Of a stretch of 64,000 nt of DNA, positions 50,672 to 60,751 are shown in pieces (the first letter of the stretch is position 1; the number at the start of each line of letters is the position of its first letter). The notes under the pieces were generated by a model. That model was given only the letters and a program-made list of their open reading frames with translations. It was not told where the DNA came from and did not search any database. The stretch spans positions 185,727 through 249,726 of the forward strand of contig CAYUSN010000001.1 in assembly GCA_964447415.1 (NCBI GenBank), read 5' to 3'. The DNA is from an uncultured Candidatus Saccharibacteria bacterium. GTDB taxonomy: Bacteria; Patescibacteriota; Minisyncoccia; Phycocordibacterales; EsbW-18. Both the position numbers and the translations under genes were made by a program.

Positions 50672-53215
50672 ATGAAGCTTTTACAGAGAATTTTCGGGGA
50701 TGAAGCGTCAAAAACAGTTGCCCGGCTGCAGAAAAGAGTCGCCGAAATTAATGCGTTGGAGCCGGTAATTGAGAAACTTTCTGACGGCGATTTGCGTGCA
50801 AAGACAGACGAACTGAAACAACGCCTGAAAGGCGGTGCGACACTCGATGACATTCTTCCCGAAGCGTTTGCGCTTGTCCGCGAAGCGGCGAAACGTACGC
50901 TCAAGCAGCGTCACTACGATGTGCAGCTTGTCGGTGGGATGATTCTCCACGAGCGAGCGATTGCCGAGATGCGCACCGGAGAAGGAAAGACGCTTGTCGC
51001 CACACTTCCCGCATATCTCAACGCGCTTGAAGAACGCGGTGTGCACATCGTGACCGTCAATGATTATCTCGCGCGACGTGATGCGGTGTGGATGGGACAA
51101 GTGTATGCGCTTCTCGGTCTCTCCGTCGGCGTGGTGAACAGTCAGCGTCAATCATTCGTGTACGATCCGTCGCACTCGGATGCCGACTCGGAACGCGACC
51201 GTGTCGGTGCGTTTAAAGTTGTCTACGAATTTTTGCGTCCGTGTGAGAAAAAGGAGGCATATGCAGCTGACATCACCTACGGAACGAACAGTGAATTCGG
51301 ATTTGACTATCTGCGCGACAACACCGTGTATCGAAAAGAGGATCTTTCCCAGCGAGAACCGGAAAAAGGCGGGCACCACTTCGCCATTGTCGACGAAATA
51401 GACTCAATTCTTATTGATGAGGCGCGTACGCCGCTTATTATTTCAATTGCGACGCGGGAAAGCGAGAAGCTGTACACCACCTTTGCCCAGATTGCCGCAC
51501 GGCTTAAGGAGGATGAAGATTATGAGACGGATGAGAAGAAACACGCCGTCCTCTTGACCGATGCGGGCATCGAAAAAGCCCAGAAAATGCTCGGTATTGA
51601 GAACATTTATACCGATGCCGGCATCCGATACGTCCATCTTCTTGAAACAGCGGTCCGTGCGAAGGCGCTGTATCGCCGCGACAAAGAATACATCGTCCGC
51701 GACGGTGAAGTTGTCATCGTGGATGAGTTTACCGGACGGCTGCAGCCGGGCAGGCGGTGGTCTGAAGGATTGCATCAGGCAATTGAAGCAAAAGAAGGCG
51801 CGCGTATTCAGGAAGAATCACGAACGCTTGCCTCTGTCACATACCAGAACTTTTTCCGCATGTACAAAAAACTGTCCGGTATGACCGGAACAGCGATAAC
51901 GAGTGAAGAGGAATTTTACAAAGTGTACGGGTTGACCGTGGTGCCGGTACCGACGCACCGGCCGTCTGCGCGTGTTGATCACAACGACTACGTGTATCAG
52001 ACCGAGAAAGGAAAATTTGAAGCGATTGCAAAACGGGTGAAGGAAGCAAATGAAAAAGGTCAGCCGGTGCTCATCGGTACGGTTTCCGTTGAAAAAAACG
52101 AATTGCTCTCGTTGCATCTGAACAAGGAGGGTATACAACACACGGTGCTTAACGCAAAAAAACATGAACAAGAAGGAGAGGTTATCGCGCAGGCGGGACG
52201 AAAGGGTGCGGTGACGGTTGCGACGAACATGGCCGGCCGCGGTGTCGACATTAAACTCGGCGGTGCCAGCGCGACAAAAGAAGAACACGATGAAATAAAA
52301 AAACTCGGCGGACTGTTTGTGCTCGGCACCGAGCGCCACGAAGCGCGGCGCATTGACGACCAGCTGCGCGGACGTTCCGGCCGTCAGGGAGACCCGGGAG
52401 AAACGCAGTTTTTTGTGTCGCTTGAAGACTCGCTCATGCGCGTGTTTGCATCCGATGCGGTGAAACGCATGATGGGACGCTTCGGTATTCCCGAAGACGT
52501 GCCGATTGAAAACAGGTTTATCAACCGATCGCTTGAGAGTGCGCAGAAAAAAATCGAAGGGCTCAACTTTGACGTTCGCAAACACGTACTTGAGTTCGAC
52601 GATGTCATCAACACACAGCGTACGTCCGTGTATGGCAAACGGCGCACGCTTCTGCTGGGAACGCACGAAGACATTGAACGCGAACTTCTGGAAATAATCG
52701 GTGATGAGGAGGGAATAGAAGCGCGTATCGCTGAGAAAAAAACGTCGCTGGGCGAGGAAGCCTTTTTTGAGGCGGTCCGCCGGCTCATGCTGCAAACGAT
52801 AGACATTATGTGGATTGACCATCTGGATCTTATGGATTACGCCCGCAGCAGCGTCAATTTACGGGCGTACGGGCAGCGCGACCCGCTTGTGGAGTATCAG
52901 AAAGAAGGAATGCGCGCATTTCGCTCCATGCAGGCGGCAATACGTGCCAATATTCTTGCGATGCTGCCGCAAATCGGCGCGGGCGCATTTGCGAAAGAAG
53001 AGGAGCAACTGCGGCGCGAGCGCGCAAAACTGCAGATGATCGGCGGGGACACGTCGGCAGGCGGAGGCGGCGCACCGCAGGCAAAAGCACATGATAAAAT
53101 CGGACGCAACGACATCGTGACCATCACTAACGGAACGGAAACTAAACAGATGAAATTCAAAAAAGCAGAAGATTTGCTTGCTGACGGCACCTGGAAAATT
53201 GTAGCCGCGTCGTAG
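50672..53215 (+). CDS. secA: Preprotein translocase subunit SecA
   Basis: EMRTGEGKT, VNDYLA, DEIDS, TNMAGRG, QLRGRSGRQGDPG, QRDPL.EY. Confidence 0.98.
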   Translation: MKLLQRIFGDEASKTVARLQKRVAEINALEPVIEKLSDGDLRAKTDELKQRLKGGATLDDILPEAFALVREAAKRTLKQRHYDVQLVGGMILHERAIAEMRTGEGKTLVATLPAYLNALEERGVHIVTVNDYLARRDAVWMGQVYALLGLSVGVVNSQRQSFVYDPSHSDADSERDRVGAFKVVYEFLRPCEKKEAYAADITYGTNSEFGFDYLRDNTVYRKEDLSQREPEKGGHHFAIVDEIDSILIDEARTPLIISIATRESEKLYTTFAQIAARLKEDEDYETDEKKHAVLLTDAGIEKAQKMLGIENIYTDAGIRYVHLLETAVRAKALYRRDKEYIVRDGEVVIVDEFTGRLQPGRRWSEGLHQAIEAKEGARIQEESRTLASVTYQNFFRMYKKLSGMTGTAITSEEEFYKVYGLTVVPVPTHRPSARVDHNDYVYQTEKGKFEAIAKRVKEANEKGQPVLIGTVSVEKNELLSLHLNKEGIQHTVLNAKKHEQEGEVIAQAGRKGAVTVATNMAGRGVDIKLGGASATKEEHDEIKKLGGLFVLGTERHEARRIDDQLRGRSGRQGDPGETQFFVSLEDSLMRVFASDAVKRMMGRFGIPEDVPIENRFINRSLESAQKKIEGLNFDVRKHVLEFDDVINTQRTSVYGKRRTLLLGTHEDIERELLEIIGDEEGIEARIAEKKTSLGEEAFFEAVRRLMLQTIDIMWIDHLDLMDYARSSVNLRAYGQRDPLVEYQKEGMRAFRSMQAAIRANILAMLPQIGAGAFAKEEEQLRRERAKLQMIGGDTSAGGGGAPQAKAHDKIGRNDIVTITNGTETKQMKFKKAEDLLADGTWKIVAAS

Positions 53216-53219
53216 TGTC

Positions 53220-53897
53220 ATGATTAACGGGCTTTTTTCTTTCATTCATACCGTGTTTCAGGCGCTCGGCCCGTGGGGTGTGTTTGTGCTCGGATTTGCG
53301 CAGGAAATTATTCCGCCGATTCCTTCAACACTGGTGACGGTGTCGGCCGGATTTGTGTTTCTGGCGGGCGACGCGCTCGGGTGGGCATCGTTTTTAAAAT
53401 TGTTTCTGTATGTCGGATTGCCGATTGCTGCCGGACTGACACTGGGCTCGCTGGTGGTGTACGGTGTTGTCTATTGGGGAGGCAAACCACTTATTGATCG
53501 GTACGGAAAGTACACCGGACTGTCATGGAGTGATGTGGAAAAGATGCAGTCATACATGCGCGGGCATGTGTGGGATGATGTGGTATTTTTTGCGGCGCGG
53601 TCGTTTCCGCTTATGCCGTCGATAGCCATTAACGTATTTTCAGGGTTGGTTCGATGGCCGGTGGGTAAGTTTGTTGCGTATACTTTTTTCGGAACAATCA
53701 TTCGTTCAATGTGGTCGGGATTTATCGGCTGGGAGTTTGCACACGTGTATCAGACGTATGTGCAACAGTACGCGGTGACCGTTGAAAATGTCCAAAACGC
53801 GATCTTTCTTGCGGTTGTCGTTGCAGTCGGTGTCTATTTGTACCGTCGAAAAAAACGAAAAGCAGCCGGGCAGATGCCGCAGGAGAAAGTGCTATAA
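53220..53897 (+). CDS. DedA/VTT family membrane protein
   Basis: EIIPPIPS, G.TLGS...Y, F.AR..P. Confidence 0.85.
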   Translation: MINGLFSFIHTVFQALGPWGVFVLGFAQEIIPPIPSTLVTVSAGFVFLAGDALGWASFLKLFLYVGLPIAAGLTLGSLVVYGVVYWGGKPLIDRYGKYTGLSWSDVEKMQSYMRGHVWDDVVFFAARSFPLMPSIAINVFSGLVRWPVGKFVAYTFFGTIIRSMWSGFIGWEFAHVYQTYVQQYAVTVENVQNAIFLAVVVAVGVYLYRRKKRKAAGQMPQEKVL

Positions 53898-53929
53898 TGT
53901 TTGCGTTATAAGTAGTGTAAAAAATTTCT

Positions 53930-54277
53930 ATGCGTATCATTTTTAAGATTATTCTTACGGCACTTGCGGTACTTGCGGCGTCATACCTGCTCCCGCAGTT
54001 TGTTTCCGTTGAGAGCTTCTATGTTGCCCTTATTGTGGCGGTGGTATTGGCGGTGCTCAACCTTATCGTCAAGCCGATTATCGTGCTTTTGACGCTCCCA
54101 ATTAACCTCGTGACGCTCGGACTTTTCACGCTTGTCATTAATGCGGGACTTTTCTGGCTTGCGTCATATTTCGTCGACGGATTTAACGTCATCGGTTTTG
54201 CGGGCGCGTTCTTAGGTGCCCTGCTTGTATCCGTGGTGGTGTGGGTCGGCCACAAACTGCTTCCTGATAACGACTAA
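53930..54277 (+). CDS. 4-TM membrane protein (YvlD/phage holin family 4-like)
   Basis: LN.IVKPI..LLTLP....TLGLF.LVINA. Confidence 0.88.
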   Translation: MRIIFKIILTALAVLAASYLLPQFVSVESFYVALIVAVVLAVLNLIVKPIIVLLTLPINLVTLGLFTLVINAGLFWLASYFVDGFNVIGFAGAFLGALLVSVVVWVGHKLLPDND

Positions 54278-54278
54278 A

Positions 54279-55187
54279 ATGTTTTCAAAAAAGACTCGTA
54301 TTGTGACGCATAGCGGCAAGTTTCATGCCGATGATGTGTTTTCTGTTGCCGCACTCTTCCTTTCACTGGGAGACGGCAATGTTGAGGTGATTCGCACGCG
54401 TGATGACACTATCATTAGCACAGGTGACATTGTTGTGGACGTTGGAAATGTGTATGACGTCAATACCAAACGATTTGACCATCACCAAGAAGAAGGCGCG
54501 GGCAGGCGCGACAACGGTGTCCCATACGCTTCCTTCGGCTTGGTGTGGAAAACACATGGGGAGGAAATTTGTGGAGACGCAGGGGTTGCCGCGGCTGTTG
54601 ATCGCGACCTCGTACAGTCAATCGACGCGAACGATAACGGTGTTGATATTTGCATGCCAGGGGTGCAGGGGGTGTTTCCGTTTGGAATCGGGAGTGTAAT
54701 CGACCTGTTTCGCCCGACACACCTTGAAGGAGAGAATTATGACGAGGCTTTCATGCGTGCTGTGGCGTGGGCGCGTTGGGTGCTCGAGCGATTAATTAAA
54801 ATAACGCGAGACGCGAGCTCAGGAAAAGAACTTGTTAAATCGTGTTATGCCGCCGCAAAAGATAAACGACTTGTTATCTTCGATACGTCGAACGTTCTTG
54901 GTAGAGAACTCACCACCTCATTTCTTATGGAGTATCCGGAGGTGTTGTATGCGATTATTTATCGTAAGGATGTGGACTCGTGGCAGCTCATCGCTATTAA
55001 TGAAACGGAGGGAACATACCGTGTCCGCAAACCACTTCCGGAACACTGGGCAGGGAAGCGCGACGGAGAGTTTGCGAAATTGACCGGTGTTGCTGACGCC
55101 CTATTCTGTCATCGCGGGCTTTTTATGGCTGTCGCAAAATCAAAAGAAGGTGCGATTGCGCTTGCAGAGATTGCGCTCGCACAGTAA
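54279..55187 (+). CDS. MYG1 family exonuclease
   Basis: VTHSG.FHADD, RTRD, DVG, FDHHQ, D..FCH. Confidence 0.9.
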   Translation: MFSKKTRIVTHSGKFHADDVFSVAALFLSLGDGNVEVIRTRDDTIISTGDIVVDVGNVYDVNTKRFDHHQEEGAGRRDNGVPYASFGLVWKTHGEEICGDAGVAAAVDRDLVQSIDANDNGVDICMPGVQGVFPFGIGSVIDLFRPTHLEGENYDEAFMRAVAWARWVLERLIKITRDASSGKELVKSCYAAAKDKRLVIFDTSNVLGRELTTSFLMEYPEVLYAIIYRKDVDSWQLIAINETEGTYRVRKPLPEHWAGKRDGEFAKLTGVADALFCHRGLFMAVAKSKEGAIALAEIALAQ

Positions 55188-55199
55188 GCTTGCTCTCCC

Positions 55200-56192
55200 A
55201 TGGCATTCATCGATGAACTACATTTACACCTGAAGGCGGGCCGCGGCGGCAACGGCGTGGTGCGCTGGCTGCATCTTAAAGGAAAAGACCTGTCCGGCGC
55301 TGCAGGAGGAAACGGCGGACGCGGCGGCGACGTGGTGGCTGAAGGTATCCGCGATATCGGCGCGTTGCTGCGGTATCGTGATCAAAACCACTACGCGGCG
55401 GGCGACGGAGCGCCCGGAGGCAGCCGAAGCAAGGAGGGAAGAAACGGCAAAGATTTTGTATTTAAATTTCCGCTCGGCACGGTAATTTCGCGCACACGAC
55501 TCGGCGAGCGCTGGGAGATTCTTGAAGAAGGACAACGCGAAGTGCTGTTGAAAGGCGGCAACGGCGGATACGGAAACGAGCACTTCAAGGGTTCGCGAAA
55601 CGTCACGCCGATGCAGTCGACGAAAGGAAAGCCCGGAGACGAAGATGATTTTGAAATCGAACTGCAGTTGGTTGTTGATGCGGGACTCATCGGTATGCCG
55701 AATGCGGGGAAGTCGAGTCTGCTCAACGCGCTTACCGGCGCGCATGCAAAAGTCGGCGCGTATGAGTTTACGACGCTCAACCCGAACCTCGGGGTTATAT
55801 ACGGATACGTACTTGCCGATATTCCGGGACTTATTGAGGGTGCGGCGGAAGGACGCGGACTCGGGCATAAATTTTTGCGTCACATCAAGCGCACAAAAAT
55901 GCTCGTCCATTGTGTGTCATTTGAAAATGAAGATTTGGCAGGAGCGTACGCAACAGTGAGAAAGGAACTCTCCAAATACTCCGGAGAGTTGGCGGATAAG
56001 AGCGAGATTGTGTTGCTCACAAAATCAGACATTCTACAACCAGACGAAGTTCCTCAAAAAATAAAGGAATTTTCTGCACAAAGTGGTGTTTCTGAAGACA
56101 TGATTTTTACCGTTTCCATATACGACGATGTGTCGCTGAAGGCATTTTCCGACGCTCTGACAAAGAAAATGGGCGAATTAAAGGAGTGCTAG
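55200..56192 (+). CDS. obgE: GTPase ObgE
   Basis: Gly-rich Obg domain; G.PNAGKS, FTTL.P.LG, DIPGLIEGA. Confidence 0.96.
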   Translation: MAFIDELHLHLKAGRGGNGVVRWLHLKGKDLSGAAGGNGGRGGDVVAEGIRDIGALLRYRDQNHYAAGDGAPGGSRSKEGRNGKDFVFKFPLGTVISRTRLGERWEILEEGQREVLLKGGNGGYGNEHFKGSRNVTPMQSTKGKPGDEDDFEIELQLVVDAGLIGMPNAGKSSLLNALTGAHAKVGAYEFTTLNPNLGVIYGYVLADIPGLIEGAAEGRGLGHKFLRHIKRTKMLVHCVSFENEDLAGAYATVRKELSKYSGELADKSEIVLLTKSDILQPDEVPQKIKEFSAQSGVSEDMIFTVSIYDDVSLKAFSDALTKKMGELKEC

Positions 56193-56391
56193 TACACGGG
56201 TGTTAGCACGTGGGGTCTGACCCAACACTATACTATTGACACATCACATAAAAAGGTGTATTATATGCATGAAAGTTCTTTGAAAGTTCAGTTGCAAATT
56301 TGACCGTGGTTTTGAGCGCCTTTCAGGCCTTCAAAACCACGGTCAACGAAGACCGATGGTTACTCCGGGCAACAAAGCCCAAGGAGGTAAC

Positions 56392-57006
56392 ATGAGTTTC
56401 TCATTTCTGCTTTTCCTGTTTCTGATCCTGTTGTTGGTGGGAGTGGTCGGGACGACTTTCCTCATTTATTGTGGGGGGTCCAGCGAGCAATCCAAACAGC
56501 AGGATGAGACCTTCAAGGAGTTCACGGTGTCCAATGCCGCCACAACCAAGGAGGACTTCTTCGTCGCGTTCCCCTCGTTGAGAAGGTATCGGCACAAACC
56601 AGAATACGACAACCTAGAATTTTATCTCTGCGATTTATCGAAAGTGAGTCCCTTTATCAGTTTTAATGGAATTTCTCCCAGAGATGCTAAGGGGTTGGTT
56701 GAGCAGAAGGGATTCAGGAACGCAACACCAGAAGAATTCGTCTACTATGTCAAGAAACAAGCCCTTCTTGGGGAGAAGGGGGAGAGCTTCGGTTCTAGCG
56801 TGGTTGCGTTGGGGAAGTATGCCAATCGCACTACGGACTACCACGACACGGGGATTCTCATCTACAGCTGCTTCTATCCAGGAAGATGCTTTATCCAGAA
56901 CTGGGGCTGTAGCATGAATTTCATCCTTTACGGAGGTTTTTCCGTAGACAACACCTTTTTTCTTGGTGTGCGGGAAAAGAAGTCTAAGGAGGAATCATGT
57001 TCCTGA
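56392..57006 (+). CDS. Orphan membrane-anchored protein, SD-led cassette
   Basis: TTGACA-17-TATTAT; SD AAGGAGGT; N-terminal TM; R.AT.EE...VVALG. Confidence 0.7.
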   Translation: MSFSFLLFLFLILLLVGVVGTTFLIYCGGSSEQSKQQDETFKEFTVSNAATTKEDFFVAFPSLRRYRHKPEYDNLEFYLCDLSKVSPFISFNGISPRDAKGLVEQKGFRNATPEEFVYYVKKQALLGEKGESFGSSVVALGKYANRTTDYHDTGILIYSCFYPGRCFIQNWGCSMNFILYGGFSVDNTFFLGVREKKSKEESCS

Positions 57007-57563
57007 TCAAGGACGTTCCCGTCGGTCGCCTCAACGCGCTGGTCAAGAAGATCGGCGGGTTGCAGGTGATGGATGGCATTCTCGACGGCACGCTGAAGCT
57101 CACCGTCGAAAAGATCGTCGAGCCCACACCAGCCGACCTCGCTGTTTTCTTCACTACTCGGCCTGGCCTCTTGGTCACCGACGGGTTCTGGCAGCAGATT
57201 CTTGCTCTGGCGCTTGCGATGCCCGAGACGGCACCGGCCTCAGTCGGAGAGCCGTACGACCTTCGGAAGGACATGTACGATACCGAGATTCGTCAGAAAC
57301 TCGGTGAGAACCACATCTTCGAGAATGCCCGCGCGTTTTGTCGCTACCTCCAGAGGGCTCTCTCCGCGCAGTTGGGAGGTACCGAGGGGGACCTGCGCAC
57401 CTTTGGCCACGAGAACATCTTCTATGTTCGTGGCGGGGACGGGGCTGTCTTCGTGGTCTCCGTCAAGTGGAATGCCAATGGCCGAAATTGGTCCATCAGC
57501 GCCGATCATCTGCTCGACGCTGACCGGTGGTACCACGGTACTCGGGCTTTCCCTCGCAACTGA
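56997..57563 (+). CDS. Orphan protein (188 aa) with Trp-rich C-terminus
   Basis: SD AAGGAGG; ends VSVKW...W......RWYHGTRAF; terminator near 57618-57655. Confidence 0.7.
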   Translation: MFLIKDVPVGRLNALVKKIGGLQVMDGILDGTLKLTVEKIVEPTPADLAVFFTTRPGLLVTDGFWQQILALALAMPETAPASVGEPYDLRKDMYDTEIRQKLGENHIFENARAFCRYLQRALSAQLGGTEGDLRTFGHENIFYVRGGDGAVFVVSVKWNANGRNWSISADHLLDADRWYHGTRAFPRN

Positions 57564-57735
57564 TCCTTGAACCCCTGGCATCTTGGCGCTTGCGTCTTGA
57601 TACCTTGGAAATCTTTCGCCCCCGCGTGGCTTTTATTGGCACGCGGGGGCGTTTTCGTATCTGACTTTAAATACAATTCAAAAATAAAGGTTCGACAGGT
57701 ATAATGATTTTGGAGGCTCATCCTTCAAAAATATC

Positions 57736-57786
57736 ATGACATCCTACATACCGACAATTGGACTTGAAATTTTCACCCAGCACTAA
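57736..57786 (+). pseudogene. Duplicated gatB 5' fragment/uORF (MTSYIPTIGLEIFTQH)
   Basis: Matches GatB start MTEYKPTIGLEIH; stops inside a CCAGCACT hairpin. Confidence 0.75.
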
Positions 57787-57805
57787 AGCGAAGCTTAGTG
57801 CTGGG
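57776..57805. repeat. CCAGCACT-family hairpin
   Basis: CCCAGCACTAA-agcgaagc-TTAGTGCTGGG. Confidence 0.8.
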
Positions 57806-57826
57806 CAGGCGCAGTAAACCATCATC

Positions 57827-59227
57827 ATGACAGAATATAAACCTACAATAGGGCTCGAGATACACGCGGAGTTGAAAACGCAGACGAAAATGTTCTGCGA
57901 CTCTAAGAATGACCCGGACGAGAAGCGTCCGAACTGGAACGTGTGTCCGGTGTGCATGGCGCACCCCGGCACGCTCCCCGTCATCAACCGCGAGGCGGTG
58001 AAGCACGTGCTCAAAGTCGGCGTTGCCGTCGGCGGTACCATTGCCGACTACACGGAATTTGACCGAAAAAACTATTTTTACCCCGACATTCCAAAAGGGT
58101 ACCAAATCAGTCAGTATGCCTTTCCGCTTGTAACAAAAGGAGAGCTACACGGTATTGCACTTACACGCATTCATCTTGAGGAAGATACCGCGCGCTCTCA
58201 GCACGAGGGTGACCACTCGCTCGTTGATTTTAACCGTGCAGGCGTGCCGCTGATGGAATTGGTTACCGAACCGGTTATCAAGAGTGCAAAAGAGGCGGGG
58301 GATTTCGCACGTGAGCTGCAACTTTTATTGCGGTATCTCGGCGTGTCGGATGCGGACATGGAGAAAGGACATTTGCGCGTGGAGGTGAATATCTCTGTTT
58401 CAAAAGACGGCACACTTGGAACAAAGACGGAAATAAAAAATATCAACTCGTTCCGTGCGGCGGAAAAGGCGATTGAATTTGAAACACAACGGCAGACGGA
58501 GGCGCTTGAAGCGGGAGAGAAAATAGTGCAGGAGACACGCGGATGGGATGATGCGAAAGGAGAAACGTTTTCTCAGCGCGAGAAAGAATCGTCGCACGAT
58601 TACCGTTATTTTCCGGAACCCGATTTACCGAAGCTAAAAATCTCAGAGATTCCGGAATTTTCCGCCGAGGCGCTTAAAAAAGAATTACCGGAACTGCCGT
58701 GGCAGAAACGGGAACGGTATCTTGCACTCGGACTGAAAAAAGAGGACGCGAATATGTTTGTGGGCGACCCCGCATACGGAAACTTTTTTGAACAGGTTGC
58801 GGGAGAGTTGGGCGGTGACCCGAAAAAGATTCTCCTTGCGACTAATTATATTGCAGCTGACCTCGCGGGACTTTTGAAAGGAAACGAGATTTCGTTGTCC
58901 GCGAAATATTTTGCCGAACTCATCGGAATGCTTTCAGACGGTAGCGTATCTTCGCGCGGAGGAAAAGATATTCTTGCACTCATGATTAAAAAAGATGCCT
59001 CCCCGAAAAAGATTGCGGAGAAAGAGGGGTTGTTGCAGCAAAGTGACGAAGGTGCCATCGGTACAATTGTTGATGATGTCATCGCGCAAAACGAGAGTGT
59101 AGTTGCAGAATATAAAAAAGGAAAAGAAGCATCACTGCAGTTTCTTGTGGGGCAGGGCATGAAGCTTTCGAAAGGTTCGGCAAATCCGGGGGTGCTTGCA
59201 AAACTCCTCAAAGAAAAACTTTCATAA
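57827..59227 (+). CDS. gatB: Asp/Glu-tRNA amidotransferase subunit B
   Basis: IGLEIH.EL.T.TKMFC, FDRKNYFYPD.PKGYQISQ, HLEED, DYRYFPEPD. Confidence 0.98.
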   Translation: MTEYKPTIGLEIHAELKTQTKMFCDSKNDPDEKRPNWNVCPVCMAHPGTLPVINREAVKHVLKVGVAVGGTIADYTEFDRKNYFYPDIPKGYQISQYAFPLVTKGELHGIALTRIHLEEDTARSQHEGDHSLVDFNRAGVPLMELVTEPVIKSAKEAGDFARELQLLLRYLGVSDADMEKGHLRVEVNISVSKDGTLGTKTEIKNINSFRAAEKAIEFETQRQTEALEAGEKIVQETRGWDDAKGETFSQREKESSHDYRYFPEPDLPKLKISEIPEFSAEALKKELPELPWQKRERYLALGLKKEDANMFVGDPAYGNFFEQVAGELGGDPKKILLATNYIAADLAGLLKGNEISLSAKYFAELIGMLSDGSVSSRGGKDILALMIKKDASPKKIAEKEGLLQQSDEGAIGTIVDDVIAQNESVVAEYKKGKEASLQFLVGQGMKLSKGSANPGVLAKLLKEKLS

Positions 59228-59280
59228 AAACGAACGCCGCCAAAAGTCTTGGCGGCGGTTTCACGCACGGTGCGTGACGG

Positions 59281-59562
59281 TCAGGAGAGGCCGATGACCT
59301 CGTCGGGAATTCCCGAGTTCTTGGCAAACCATGCCGTGAACTCGAAAAAGAGCTCGTCGCTCCGGTCACCCAACAGCACGGAATCGCCGTCCAGCGGCAA
59401 CTCCACCGTCTCCGGCGGCAGACCGTTCTCCCTCACGATGGCCTCGTGTACCTTCTGGGCCATCTTGTTGAACTCGGCCTCGAACTCGGGGTTGACCCCG
59501 AAGAGGCCCATGTCCAGGCGCTTCTCGTAGAGGAACCGCCGGACTTCTCTTAACGTTGTCAT
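59281..59562 (-). CDS. Orphan protein (93 aa), SD-led cassette
   Basis: TTGACA-18-TATAAT; SD AGGAG; GC-ending codons. Confidence 0.7.
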   Translation of the reverse strand: MTTLREVRRFLYEKRLDMGLFGVNPEFEAEFNKMAQKVHEAIVRENGLPPETVELPLDGDSVLLGDRSDELFFEFTAWFAKNSGIPDEVIGLS

Positions 59563-59640
59563 GTGTCGTCTCCTATGGAATCCTGGGCGATTATACAACA
59601 ATATACTGCAAGGTGTCAATTATTTATTTGGAGCGTGATT

Positions 59641-59681
59641 TACCCCGCACTCAACTTTGGAGCAACGTTGAGTGCGGGGTA
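59641..59681. repeat. CCCGCACT-type hairpin (15-bp arms) at gap promoter
   Basis: TACCCCGCACTCAAC...GTTGAGTGCGGGGTA. Confidence 0.8.
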
Positions 59682-59724
59682 TACTTTTTATGCAGGATTA
59701 TTCTTCTCATTTACTCTCATTTGT

Positions 59725-60744
59725 ATGGCTCGCATCGCAATTAACGGTTTCGGACGTATCGGCAGAGCGTTTTTCAAACTCGCACTTAAGTATCCCGAAC
59801 TCGACGTGGTGGTGGTAAACGATCTCGGTGATGCGCACAACCTCGCGTATCTGCTCAAGTTTGATTCGGCATACGGAAAATCAGGTCTTGATGTGGAGTC
59901 AAAAGACGGGACACTGACCGTCAACGGAAAAGATATTGCGTTTCTTCAGGAAAAAGAAGCAAAAAATCTGCCGTGGAAAAAACTCGACATTGATATCGTT
60001 ATTGAAAGTTCAGGACACTACACGAAATACGAGGATGCCAAGCAACATCTTGATGCGGGCGCAAAGCGTGTGGTGATTACCGCACCGGCAAAAGGAGACG
60101 CGGTTCCGGGAATTGAAGTGGGGACGGTATTGATGGGAATTAACGAAGAGAAGTTGAAAACATGCGATATCACTTCTAACGCATCGTGCACGACCAACGC
60201 GGCATCACCGGTGATTCAGGTGATTCATGAGGCGCTTGGTGTGGAGAAAGCGGTGCTTAACACAGTGCACGGATACACGCAGTCACAGGAACTGCAGGAT
60301 GCGCCGAATGCGCGCGGATGGCGTGAAGGACGCGCTGCGGCGGCAAACATCGTGCCGACAACCACCGGTGCGGCAATTGCGGTCACAAAAGCAATTACCG
60401 ATCTCGAAGGAAAGTTTGACGGCATCGCGGTTCGCGTACCCGTGCTGGTCGGTTCAATTGCGGACACTACAATGGTGGTCGGGCGCGATACGACGGCGGA
60501 GGAAGTAAACGATATTCTGAAAAAAGCTGCGGGCGACGACCGTTGGCAGGGGATTCTGAAAGTGTCCGACGACGAGCTTGTTTCGTCAGATATCGTCGGT
60601 GAACCGTACGGTGCGATTGTGGATGCTCAAATGACGCGTGTGGTCGGCGGCAATCTCGTGAAGGTGATGTCGTGGTATGACAACGAGGCGGGATATGCGG
60701 CGACACTGGTGCAGCACGCGCGAAAAATGTCGGCACTTTTGTAA
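59725..60744 (+). CDS. gap: Type I glyceraldehyde-3-phosphate dehydrogenase
   Basis: INGFGRIGR, SNASCTTN, WYDNE. Confidence 0.97.
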   Translation: MARIAINGFGRIGRAFFKLALKYPELDVVVVNDLGDAHNLAYLLKFDSAYGKSGLDVESKDGTLTVNGKDIAFLQEKEAKNLPWKKLDIDIVIESSGHYTKYEDAKQHLDAGAKRVVITAPAKGDAVPGIEVGTVLMGINEEKLKTCDITSNASCTTNAASPVIQVIHEALGVEKAVLNTVHGYTQSQELQDAPNARGWREGRAAAANIVPTTTGAAIAVTKAITDLEGKFDGIAVRVPVLVGSIADTTMVVGRDTTAEEVNDILKKAAGDDRWQGILKVSDDELVSSDIVGEPYGAIVDAQMTRVVGGNLVKVMSWYDNEAGYAATLVQHARKMSALL

Positions 60745-60751
60745 GTACGTT

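Noticed and set aside
53930-54277. Prophage suggested by the holin-family gene
   Set aside because: A common chromosomal membrane protein; no phage genes nearby
56200-56228. GGGGTCTGACCC REP-like palindrome
   Set aside because: Single degenerate copy with no associated transposase
56356-57563. Active diversity-generating retroelement
   Set aside because: No reverse transcriptase or TR/VR pair visible in the window
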